Position numbers and translations under genes: made by a program
Notes under the pieces: model-generated
Database searches by the model: none
The model's input: only the letters and a program-made list of their open reading frames with translations
Told to the model about the DNA's origin: nothing
NCBI GenBank assembly: GCA_016235865.1
Contig: JACRIK010000021.1
Span: 97,226-161,225, forward strand
DNA: 64,000 nucleotides
From: Planctomycetota bacterium
Lineage (GTDB): Bacteria; Planctomycetota; MHYJ01; JACQXL01
Reading direction: 5' to 3'
Shown here: piece by piece, positions 38,755-46,435 of the stretch
Numbering within the stretch: the first letter of the stretch is position 1
How the letters are laid out: every line of letters starts with the position of its first letter

Positions 38755-38857
38755 GTATTTAACAATTAATTAAAGGTTTAGAAATATAATGACGATATAC
38801 CAAACACTCTGAGAGGGGTCAACTAATTGTGGATAGTTTTAGATAAAGCGGGGATAT

Positions 38858-39163
38858 ATGAATACCTACTATTCTTCTCAGAGGCCCAGGACATCCGGCG
38901 TAACCAAATACTTCTGGCATTTCATCTTCGGCGCTATTATCATATTCCTGGTCACCAGTTCGCTGGCGGCTTATATCAAGAATAACCGTCTGGAGAATTA
39001 CATCCGGACGCTTGATAACGAGATAGCGGCCATCAAGAGTGAAAACATCTCTTTGGCCAGACAGGTGAACGCCATTTCCAGTGACCCGGTCTATCGCGAA
39101 GCGGTGATTCGCCGGGAACTCAAACTCGGCCTGCCCGGCGAGATGATTATCCTGCCCCGGTAG
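38858..39163 (+). CDS. ftsB: Septum formation initiator family protein (FtsB/DivIC-like)
   Basis: Single TM, coiled coil, SDPVYREAVIRRELKLGLPGE motif. Confidence 0.7.
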   Translation: MNTYYSSQRPRTSGVTKYFWHFIFGAIIIFLVTSSLAAYIKNNRLENYIRTLDNEIAAIKSENISLARQVNAISSDPVYREAVIRRELKLGLPGEMIILPR

Positions 39164-39180
39164 ATATAAAACGTTATTCT

Positions 39181-39320
39181 GTCATTCCAGTCCCGCTTGT
39201 CATTCCCGTGAAAACGGGAATCCAGAGGGATAAACTCCGGCGGGAAGCCAGTCCCTCTGACGGGATGGTGGGAACCGTAAGCCCAAAGATGTCTGGATTC
39301 TGTGTCAAGCACGGAATGCC
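39181..39320. repeat. Nested dRS3/REP-like element
   Basis: GTCATTCCCGTGAAAACGGGAATCCAG, GGGATAAACTCCGGCGGGAA, CTGGATTCTGTGTCAAGCACGGAATG; lies between convergent genes. Confidence 0.8.
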
Positions 39321-39354
39321 AGTTTAATAGAATAGATTCATTGTGCAAGCAGCA

Positions 39355-40359
39355 CTAAAATAATCTCGGCTCTTTGGGATGCTTACCAAGATGCTCGTGC
39401 GCCTTGGAGGTGGTCTTGCGGCCGCGCGGGGTCTTTTCCAGCATACAGCACTTAATCAGATACGGCTCATAGACATCCTCAATCGTATCTTCTTCCTCGC
39501 CGATGGAGATGGAAATGGTTTTCAGCCCGATTGGTCCGCCGCCGTTGTCAATAATAGTCTGGAGAATCTTGCGGTCGGTCTGGACCAGGCCATATTCATC
39601 TATGCCCAGCATCTTCAGGCCCTCTTCAGCCGTTTCCTTGGTGATGAAATTATTGGTCTTGACCTGGGCCACGTCCCGGACTCGCTTGAGAATCTGATTA
39701 GCAATCCGGGGTGTGCCCCGGCTGCGTGAGGCCACCATCTTTAACGCCTCTTCATCGCCCTGGACGTTCAGAATCCGGGCTGAGCGCTTGATAATCTTCA
39801 AGAGGTCGGCTTCCGGATAGAGTTCCAGTTTCTCAAAGATGCCGAATCTGGAACGGAACGGGTCGGTCAGGAGTCCTTCCCGGGTGGTGGCGCCAATCAG
39901 AGTGAATGGCGCGATAGTCAACTGGACCGTCCGAGCGTGCGGGCCTTGGTCTATCATGATATTTAAGTTGAAATCCTCCATGGCCGAATAGAGATATTCA
40001 GCCACGGTTACCGGAATCCGGTGAATCTCGTCGATGAATAGGACGTTCCGATTCTCCAGTCCGGTCAGAATCCCGGCCAGGTCAGCCGGCCTTTCCAGAG
40101 ACGGTCCCTGGATGACCTTGATATTGGTGCTCATCTCCTTGGCCACCAGATATGATAGGGTGGTTTTGCCCAGTCCCGGTCCGCCGGAAAAGAGGATATG
40201 GTCCAACGATTCCTGTCTTTTCTGGGCAGCGGTGATGTAGATTTTGAGATTGCTGACTATTTTGGGCTGGCCGACGAATTCCGAGAAATCAGCCGGCCTT
40301 AAAGTAGAGTCCAGTTTGAGGTCGTCTTCGGGCTTGTTGATGGAGATAGCTTTGCCCAT
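39355..40359 (-). CDS. ruvB: Holliday junction branch migration helicase
   Basis: LRP..FSEFVGQ, GGPGLGKTT, FIDEIHR, LYSAMEDF, GATTR, SRGTPRIA, VYEPYL, TPRGR. Confidence 0.96.
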   Translation of the reverse strand: MGKAISINKPEDDLKLDSTLRPADFSEFVGQPKIVSNLKIYITAAQKRQESLDHILFSGGPGLGKTTLSYLVAKEMSTNIKVIQGPSLERPADLAGILTGLENRNVLFIDEIHRIPVTVAEYLYSAMEDFNLNIMIDQGPHARTVQLTIAPFTLIGATTREGLLTDPFRSRFGIFEKLELYPEADLLKIIKRSARILNVQGDEEALKMVASRSRGTPRIANQILKRVRDVAQVKTNNFITKETAEEGLKMLGIDEYGLVQTDRKILQTIIDNGGGPIGLKTISISIGEEEDTIEDVYEPYLIKCCMLEKTPRGRKTTSKAHEHLGKHPKEPRLF

Positions 40360-40371
40360 AACAAGATAGAA

Positions 40372-40839
40372 TTATTTCTTAGCCTCTTCAGCCGGTTTCT
40401 CGTGCGTCTTGGGCTCTTCTGCCTTTGGGGTTTCGGCCTTAGGCGCTTCTGGCAGAGGGGCTTCTTCCTCAATGGTCTCAAAGCCTGGAATCGCGCCCAG
40501 CTGTTCCCTGACCTTGGCTGACTTGCCGGTCCGGTCCCTGAGATAATATAACTTGGCCCGGCGGACTACGCCTCTCTTTTTGACCACGATATTAGCCACC
40601 ACCGGCGCATGGACCGGGAATACCCGTTCTACGCCTTCGCCGTGCACGATCCGGCGTACTGTAAAGGTCTCGTGGATGCCGCTGCCTTTGCGGCCGATGA
40701 CCACGCCGTTGAATATCTGTATTCTCTCCTTGTCGCCTTCCTTAATCTTGACGTGCACATCCACGATATCGCCGATATCAAAGTGGGGCACCTTCTTCTT
40801 GCGTTGTTCTTTGTCGATTTCCTGCATCAGGTTTAACAT
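40372..40839 (-). CDS. rplS: 50S ribosomal protein L19
   Basis: KIKEGDKERIQIF, ETFTVRR, GVERVFP, VRRAKLYYLR. Confidence 0.97.
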   Translation of the reverse strand: MLNLMQEIDKEQRKKKVPHFDIGDIVDVHVKIKEGDKERIQIFNGVVIGRKGSGIHETFTVRRIVHGEGVERVFPVHAPVVANIVVKKRGVVRRAKLYYLRDRTGKSAKVREQLGAIPGFETIEEEAPLPEAPKAETPKAEEPKTHEKPAEEAKK

Positions 40840-40921
40840 ACACTTACTCCTATTCTTACTGGCTGTTAGACCGAAGGTCGTTACAGCCAGTTAGACCCCG
40901 CAGAATTGCGGGGCATTCATT

Positions 40922-41563
40922 CTATTTACCTTTTCTCCATTTTTCTATCTGCTGGTGATTACCCGAAACCAGCACCTCCGGGACAGTATGGCCCCGGAAA
41001 TCGCGCGGCCTGGTGTATTGGGGGTAATCCAGTTCATTTCCCTTGCTAAACGACTCCTGTTCAGCCGACGAAGCGTTACCCAAGACGCCGGGTATCAGCC
41101 GGATGACGCTGTCCATCACGACCATTGAAGGCAATTCGCCGCCGCTTAGCACATATCGGCCGATGGATATAATATCATCAAATTTAATAATGTCAAAGAT
41201 TCTCTGGTCAAATCCTTCATAATGTCCGCAGAGAATAATCAGCCCCTTTTTCTTACTCAAGGCCCGGGCCTTGGGCTGTCCAAAGGTCTTTCCGGCCGGG
41301 GTCAGGACAATCTTATGGGCATCTGAGCGCCCGTTGGCCTTAAGATACTCAAAAGCCCGGACAATCGGCTCGGCCAGCAGGAGCATTCCCGGCCCGCCCC
41401 CGAACGGACGGTCATCCACCTTATGGTGTTTGTCCGTTGAAAAGTCCCGCAGGTCATGGAGATTGATTTTAACCAGCCGCTTTGCCTGGGCCCGCTTGAT
41501 GATGCTCTCCTTTAAGAACCCCTTGAACATCCCGGGGAACAGGGTAATTACGTCAATGACCAT
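40922..41563 (-). CDS. trmD: tRNA (guanine-N1)-methyltransferase
   Basis: ITLFP, VDDRPFGGGPGM, CGHYEGFDQR, YVLSGGE, PQYTRP, SGNH. Confidence 0.96.
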   Translation of the reverse strand: MVIDVITLFPGMFKGFLKESIIKRAQAKRLVKINLHDLRDFSTDKHHKVDDRPFGGGPGMLLLAEPIVRAFEYLKANGRSDAHKIVLTPAGKTFGQPKARALSKKKGLIILCGHYEGFDQRIFDIIKFDDIISIGRYVLSGGELPSMVVMDSVIRLIPGVLGNASSAEQESFSKGNELDYPQYTRPRDFRGHTVPEVLVSGNHQQIEKWRKGK

Positions 41564-41609
41564 AACCGGTAATCAATATCAAATATCCTGGATGTAGTCA
41601 ACAAAATGC

Positions 41610-41697
41610 AACCACAGATTTCGCGGATGACACAGATTAAAAATAATCAGTGAAATCTGTGAACACCGCAGTGACCGCGACAGCGAAATCTGTGGTT
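41610..41697. repeat. ACCACAGAT...ATCTGTGGT palindromic element (also 45507-45551, 62813-62857, 63080-63124)
   Basis: Repeated ACACAGAT units opposite ATCTGTG units; this copy carries a nested CCGCAGTGACCGCG element. Confidence 0.75.
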
Positions 41698-41709
41698 ACG
41701 AGGTTTCCC

Positions 41710-41738
41710 TTGACATTTCCGGCGGAATAATCTATATT
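41710..41738 (+). promoter_or_regulatory. Sigma70-type promoter for the 41.9-45.5 kb islet
   Basis: TTGACA-17-TATATT. Confidence 0.6.
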
Positions 41739-41866
41739 ATCCACACCTACATTGAGACAGCACCATTGATTTAACCAAACTTATACTTGTAATCCGTGGA
41801 AAACCTTATGTTCCTTCAGGGGTATATATAATAGAGGGAATTCCCCGACATTCAGAGGTTTCAACA

Positions 41867-42601
41867 ATGCAAGTAATAAGAAATCTTACTGTTCTTATAG
41901 TTTTAGGATGTTTTATCTCAGCCAGCGGCTGCACAAGCATGATAAATCGATCCAGTTATTCTTTAAGGACTTTAAGCACGTTAAGTGGAGCAGGTCTTAC
42001 CGTTACTGGTACCAAAGAAAGTAATGCCGTAAACCCCCAGTCACAAACCACCAGTTCAGTCAACAAGCAATCGGGAACAGAAAAGCCGGGCGGGAATGAG
42101 AACCAGTCCACATTCGCCTTGAGATTCGGTGATTATGTTTTTTATAATAAAAGCAATCGGGAATATTATGGCAGTAGCGTGGGCGATAATTCATTGGATA
42201 TGACTTTCGGAACGGCTAATCCCAATATTTCTTGGCGGATTGCGATTGACGGCGCGGCCACGGAATCAGACGAACTGTTTTTCGGCGGATTTTCCGGCTC
42301 GGTTGTTTTTCACACTTCACGGGCAGAAATGGTAAGATGGTTCGGCGGATTAGGTTTGGGCTCCTATTCGGCCGAAGAATATGGCGTAGATAACTATGGC
42401 TATTCCGTTTTGTATGAAGGACGCGGCATCGGCTATAAGGCGTTCGGAGGCGTTGAAGTTGCCTTATCATCCGGATTTGCTCTAAGTATGGAGCTGGCCC
42501 TGAGAGAACTGACAGCCAGAATGGCGGCTTCTAACGCATCAACTACAAATGTAAGTTACAGCGGACAGGCGTTACTTTTCGGATTAAACTTTAGTTTCTG
42601 A
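41867..42601 (+). CDS. Putative outer-membrane beta-barrel protein with lipoprotein-like signal
   Basis: Lipobox-like ASGC, amphipathic strands (WFGGLGLG, YKAFGGVEV) and terminal-Phe strand LFGLNFSF. Confidence 0.7.
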   Translation: MQVIRNLTVLIVLGCFISASGCTSMINRSSYSLRTLSTLSGAGLTVTGTKESNAVNPQSQTTSSVNKQSGTEKPGGNENQSTFALRFGDYVFYNKSNREYYGSSVGDNSLDMTFGTANPNISWRIAIDGAATESDELFFGGFSGSVVFHTSRAEMVRWFGGLGLGSYSAEEYGVDNYGYSVLYEGRGIGYKAFGGVEVALSSGFALSMELALRELTARMAASNASTTNVSYSGQALLFGLNFSF

Positions 42602-42623
42602 GCCGGAGCGGAGGTAATAATAT

Positions 42624-43853
42624 ATGCCAATAAAGTTTATTAAGGTGGTTGCATCAGTATTGATTATAATCTGTGCTTTTATTCTTAACTATGGTTGCCT
42701 TGACAGTGGCGGGCATACACCGCATACTTCTCCTTCCGAACCGCCTCCCAAGATACCCATAATAGACGGCTGGGCTAAGATTTCAGCCGGATACGGGCAT
42801 ACCCTGGCCCTGCAAACCGACGGTACGCTCTGGGCTTGGGGAGATAATTCTTATAATCAATTAGGTTTGGGGGAATATTACTATTATTATGGGGATTATT
42901 ATGCGGGCAGTTCCGGTTATTATAACTATTATTCTAAAAATATTCCGACCATAGTTGGGAGCGATACGGATTGGGTTTCTGTGGCGGCCGGCGAGAAACA
43001 TAGTGCGGCCCTGAAAACCGACGGCACGCTCTGGGTTTGGGGCAACAACTCCGATGGCCAATTGGGCGACGCGACTCATACGTATAAAAGCACTCCGACC
43101 AAGATTAGCGACACTGATTGGGCAACTATCGCGGTTGGTTACAATCACACCATTGCGCTTAAAACCGGCGGCACGCTCTGGGCCTGGGGCAAGAATGATT
43201 TCGGGCAGGTAGGCGACGGCACAACCTTCAGCAAGAGCATTCCCACCCAGATTGGAATAGATACGAATTGGTCGGCGATTACCGCCGGGCAGGGGCATAC
43301 CATAGCATTGAAAAGCAATGGCGAACTCTGGGCCTGGGGCAAGAATGATTTCGGGCAATTAGGCGATGGAACAACGACATCTATAAACCAGCCAATTAAG
43401 ATAACCGGCACCAACTGGTCCGCGGCGGCTTGCGGCGCCAATCACACGGTAGCGCTGAAAAGCGACAATTCGCTCTGGGTTTGGGGCGACAACACCAGCG
43501 GCCAATTAGGCGACGGCACAATCATATCCCGGACCCAGCCCACCCAGATAACTGGCACCAACTGGGCCGGGATTGCCTGCGGCGCAAATCATACCCTGGC
43601 TACCAAGGCCGATGGCACTTTCTGGGCCTGGGGCTATAACTACTATGGTCAATTAGGCAATGGCATACCGGACAATACAAGCAATCCGATTCAAATTACC
43701 GGCACAACCTGGTCAATTATTGCGGCCGGCAGTGACCGTTCATCTGCCATTAAATCAGATGGCACGCTCTGGTCCTGGGGCAAAAATTATAGTGGCGCTT
43801 TAGGATTAGGCAATTATGCCGATAAATTTATCCCAACCCAGGTCGGGGAATAA
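42624..43853 (+). CDS. RCC1/BLIP-II repeat beta-propeller lipoprotein
   Basis: Seven repeats of AG..HT.ALK.DGTLWAWG.N..GQLGDG; lipobox-like NYGC. Confidence 0.9.
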   Translation: MPIKFIKVVASVLIIICAFILNYGCLDSGGHTPHTSPSEPPPKIPIIDGWAKISAGYGHTLALQTDGTLWAWGDNSYNQLGLGEYYYYYGDYYAGSSGYYNYYSKNIPTIVGSDTDWVSVAAGEKHSAALKTDGTLWVWGNNSDGQLGDATHTYKSTPTKISDTDWATIAVGYNHTIALKTGGTLWAWGKNDFGQVGDGTTFSKSIPTQIGIDTNWSAITAGQGHTIALKSNGELWAWGKNDFGQLGDGTTTSINQPIKITGTNWSAAACGANHTVALKSDNSLWVWGDNTSGQLGDGTIISRTQPTQITGTNWAGIACGANHTLATKADGTFWAWGYNYYGQLGNGIPDNTSNPIQITGTTWSIIAAGSDRSSAIKSDGTLWSWGKNYSGALGLGNYADKFIPTQVGE

Positions 43854-43879
43854 CCGGAATTCTAAGAAAGGATGCGATT

Positions 43880-44575
43880 ATGTCCGACTTCACTAAGAAA
43901 TCCTGGAAGTGCGTTGATATCAAGGATATTGATTGGGGCCAGAGGTTTGAGTTTAACGAGGATAAGGTGGATACCTATGTGTCGGACCTGCCCGGGGTCT
44001 ATCGCCTGGTTTATCGGACAATCCATGAGGGCAAGGATGGGTATTTTGTATTTTATAACGGCGAGACGGATGATTTATACAAGACACTGTGCGGGCATCT
44101 TAATCTCCTGAAGATTGAACTGCCACCGCCCAAGAATCCCTATAATGCCCCGGAGCATTGCATACAAAAGACCCTGCAGGAATACCCGTGCTATTTCAGG
44201 TTTATAATAGTCCGTTCAAAAAAGGAGCGGGTCCGGATTAAGAAGGAGCTTGATGATTCCATTATCCCCAAGGGCGAGATGGAATTCGCGGCCTGGGCCG
44301 ATAATTTCTTCCGGGTGTTGTCGGCCAACGCGGACAAGTGGTTTCCTCCGGCGGAGCGTCCTGCTGATTTTAGCGATGCTCTTGATAAATTTAATGACAA
44401 GCACAAGAAGTTTATGGCGTCCTATGATGAGCATCTCAAGGTGCAGATTAATCTTAGGGCCGCTGAGAAGAAACTGAAAGACGCCGAGCAGAAACTCAAG
44501 GATGAACAGCAGAAACGCAAGGAAGCTGAGAATGAAGGCGAGGAGTGGAAAGAGGGGAAGAATAAGCCGGACTGA
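43880..44575 (+). CDS. Degenerate GIY-YIG-like domain fused to a helical IP..E..F..W..NF domain
   Basis: PGVYRL...VFYNGETDDLYKTLCGHL...CYFRF; C-terminal IIPKGEMEFAAWADNF plus coiled coil. Confidence 0.65.
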   Translation: MSDFTKKSWKCVDIKDIDWGQRFEFNEDKVDTYVSDLPGVYRLVYRTIHEGKDGYFVFYNGETDDLYKTLCGHLNLLKIELPPPKNPYNAPEHCIQKTLQEYPCYFRFIIVRSKKERVRIKKELDDSIIPKGEMEFAAWADNFFRVLSANADKWFPPAERPADFSDALDKFNDKHKKFMASYDEHLKVQINLRAAEKKLKDAEQKLKDEQQKRKEAENEGEEWKEGKNKPD

Positions 44576-44741
44576 TGATTAAAGCAACCCCCTGGACGGC
44601 TCAGGGGGACTGACCGATGACTGAAGCAACCCCCTGGATGACTCAGGGGGACTGACGGATGACTGAAGCAACCCCCTGGATGGCTCAGGGGGGCTGCGGA
44701 ATGACTGAATAAACCCCCTGGACGGTCCAGGGGAGCCATTT
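44574..44741. repeat. Tandem array of 4 x 42-bp units, each with a CCCCCTG/CAGGGGG hairpin
   Basis: Units start at 44574, 44616, 44658 and 44700; consensus GATGACTGAAGCAACCCCCTGGAYGRCTCAGGGGGACTGACS. Confidence 0.93.
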
Positions 44742-44788
44742 GCGGAGCGACAGCGGAGTCCCGACCAAATCGGGGAAGGAGTTTTGAT

Positions 44789-45490
44789 ATGCCACAACAC
44801 GATTTTATCCCTAAATCAGACCCGGGTATGGCTGCTTTCCTGCGGAATTTGGCCAATAAGATAGGCGGATATGCGGCTACCTTTAATCTGACCCCGGCTG
44901 AAGTGGCTTCGGCCAAGAACGATGCGGCCAGGTTTACCTATATCCTCAAGGTTCAGGAGGCGTATAAGACATTTAAGCAGGCGATTTCAGGGTATAAGGA
45001 TATGCTCCGGGATGGTCCTGGCGACGCTCCTGTAGGCGATCTGGTTTTTCCGACCATGCCGGCGGCTCCGGCCCTGGTTAACTCCGGTATTTTTCCCCGC
45101 ATTCGCAAACTAGTGGGCCGCATCAAGGCCACGCCTGGTTATACCGAGGCCATCGGCGAGGACCTCGGGCTGGTGGCAGATGAAGAGGCGATTGATATCC
45201 TAAACCTGAAACCGGTGTTGAAGAGCCGTCTGGATGGCGGGCGTCCGGTGATTATCTGGACCAAGGGGGCGGCTGGTTTCCTGGTCATCTACGTTGACCG
45301 GAAGGACGGCAAGGGATTTGTCTATCTGACCACCGATATGTATCCGGATTATATGGATAAATTCCCGGTGCCGGACGGCAAGGATGCGGTGGTCTGGGAT
45401 TATAAGGCCATTTACAAAATCGGTGATGAACAGGTCGGGCAATTCTCGGAGCCGATTTCGGTCACCGTGACCAGGCAACCCGGGGGGTAG
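44789..45490 (+). CDS. Uncharacterised protein: N-terminal helical domain (DFIPKSD...) plus C-terminal Ig/FN3-like beta-sandwich
   Basis: RBS AAGGAG; RIRKLVGRIKATPGYTEAIGEDLGL; beta-rich end WDYKAIY...VGQFSEPISVTV. Confidence 0.8.
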   Translation: MPQHDFIPKSDPGMAAFLRNLANKIGGYAATFNLTPAEVASAKNDAARFTYILKVQEAYKTFKQAISGYKDMLRDGPGDAPVGDLVFPTMPAAPALVNSGIFPRIRKLVGRIKATPGYTEAIGEDLGLVADEEAIDILNLKPVLKSRLDGGRPVIIWTKGAAGFLVIYVDRKDGKGFVYLTTDMYPDYMDKFPVPDGKDAVVWDYKAIYKIGDEQVGQFSEPISVTVTRQPGG

Positions 45491-45560
45491 AATTAAGGAA
45501 AGATTCACCACAAAGGACACAAAGAATTAATTTTTCTGCGTAATCTGTGGTCGAATTTAC

Positions 45561-45589
45561 TTGACATTTCTTGCCTTCTGTTTCACAAT
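45561..45589 (+). promoter_or_regulatory. Sigma70-type promoter, probably producing a leaderless mRNA
   Basis: TTGACA-17-CACAAT, with ATG 7 nt downstream and no SD. Confidence 0.55.
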
Positions 45590-45595
45590 TGAATT

Positions 45596-46168
45596 ATGAA
45601 TATCCAGACCCCGTTAACTGATGGGATAGTGGAGAATCTGCATATCGGCGACAAGGTGTTACTTTCCGGGGTAATCTACACAGCCCGGGACGCGGCCCAT
45701 AAGCGTATCTTTGACGAGATTCAATTAGCCCGCACCGAGAAACGCGCACCCAAACTGCCTTTTGACCTTAATGGCGCTGTAATCTATTATGTCGGTCCCA
45801 CCCCAGCCAAGCCGGGTCAGGTTATCGGCTCGGCCGGTCCGACCACGGCTTACCGGATGGACCCCTACACGCCCGCGTTGCTGGAACTGGGCCTGAAGGC
45901 CAGTATTGCCAAGGGCGAACGTTCTCCAGCTGTGTTAGAGGCGATGAAGAAATATAAGGCGGTTTATTTCGTGGCGGTCGGTGGCGCCGGGGCGCTCCTG
46001 AGCCAGCGGATTGTCAAGGCCGAGGTGATTGCCTATGACGACCTCGGGGCTGAGGCGGTTCGGAGACTGGAAGTGAAGGATTTTCCGGTCACCGTGGCCA
46101 ATGATATGCACGGCGGCGATTTATACAAGGTCGGGGTAAAGCAATACGCAAGGACAAGTCCCCCTTAA
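45596..46168 (+). CDS. Fe-S hydro-lyase beta subunit (class I fumarate hydratase / tartrate dehydratase beta type)
   Basis: TARDAAHKR, YYVGPTP, SAGPTTAYRMD, GGAGA, DLGAEAV, DMHGGDLY. Confidence 0.92.
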   Translation: MNIQTPLTDGIVENLHIGDKVLLSGVIYTARDAAHKRIFDEIQLARTEKRAPKLPFDLNGAVIYYVGPTPAKPGQVIGSAGPTTAYRMDPYTPALLELGLKASIAKGERSPAVLEAMKKYKAVYFVAVGGAGALLSQRIVKAEVIAYDDLGAEAVRRLEVKDFPVTVANDMHGGDLYKVGVKQYARTSPP

Positions 46169-46289
46169 CAAAGGGGGATTAAGGGGGTTATAACCCCCTC
46201 GCCCCCTTTAATAAGGGGGAATGGGGACGAGAATAATTTATACAGGGTATGCAGTTTTTCGACCCTCTCAAACATTCTATATATTAGGA

Positions 46290-46424
46290 AATGCCCCGAT
46301 GTCGCTATGCTCATCGGGGTCTAAGAGCCAGTAACTCGCTACGTTGACCTGCGCGCCCCGACCCCGAAAGCATTCGGGGCGGGGTTCTCGGAGTCACGCT
46401 TCGCTTAGTTCTAACTGGCTCTAA
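46290..46424. repeat. Composite TAA/TTA-bounded hairpin element (family also at 26541, 40856 and 58851)
   Basis: TAA-GAGCCA-GTAA...TAAC-TGGCTC-TAA preceded by AATGCCCCG...CGGGGTC, with an internal CCCCG hairpin. Confidence 0.75.
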
Positions 46425-46435
46425 GAGAGGAATAT

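Noticed and set aside
40856-40893. Integron attC sites
   Set aside because: The GTTA/TTAC core does not have the RYYYAAC...GTTRRRY order, and no integron integrase is present
43176-43360. Near-identical DNA repeats in the RCC1 gene as a DGR template/variable pair
   Set aside because: They are ordinary in-frame propeller repeats, the differences are not adenine-specific, and no reverse transcriptase is present
44574-44741. CRISPR or TIGR-type guide array (ATGA/CTGA box C/D-like words are present)
   Set aside because: Units differ only by scattered substitutions, there are no spacer-like variable blocks, and no Cas or Nop-domain protein is recognisable nearby
44422-44916. Minus-strand ORFs reading the 42-bp repeat as SHPGGCFSH peptides
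   Set aside because: They are antisense to or abut two better-supported genes; the open frames follow from the period being a multiple of 3
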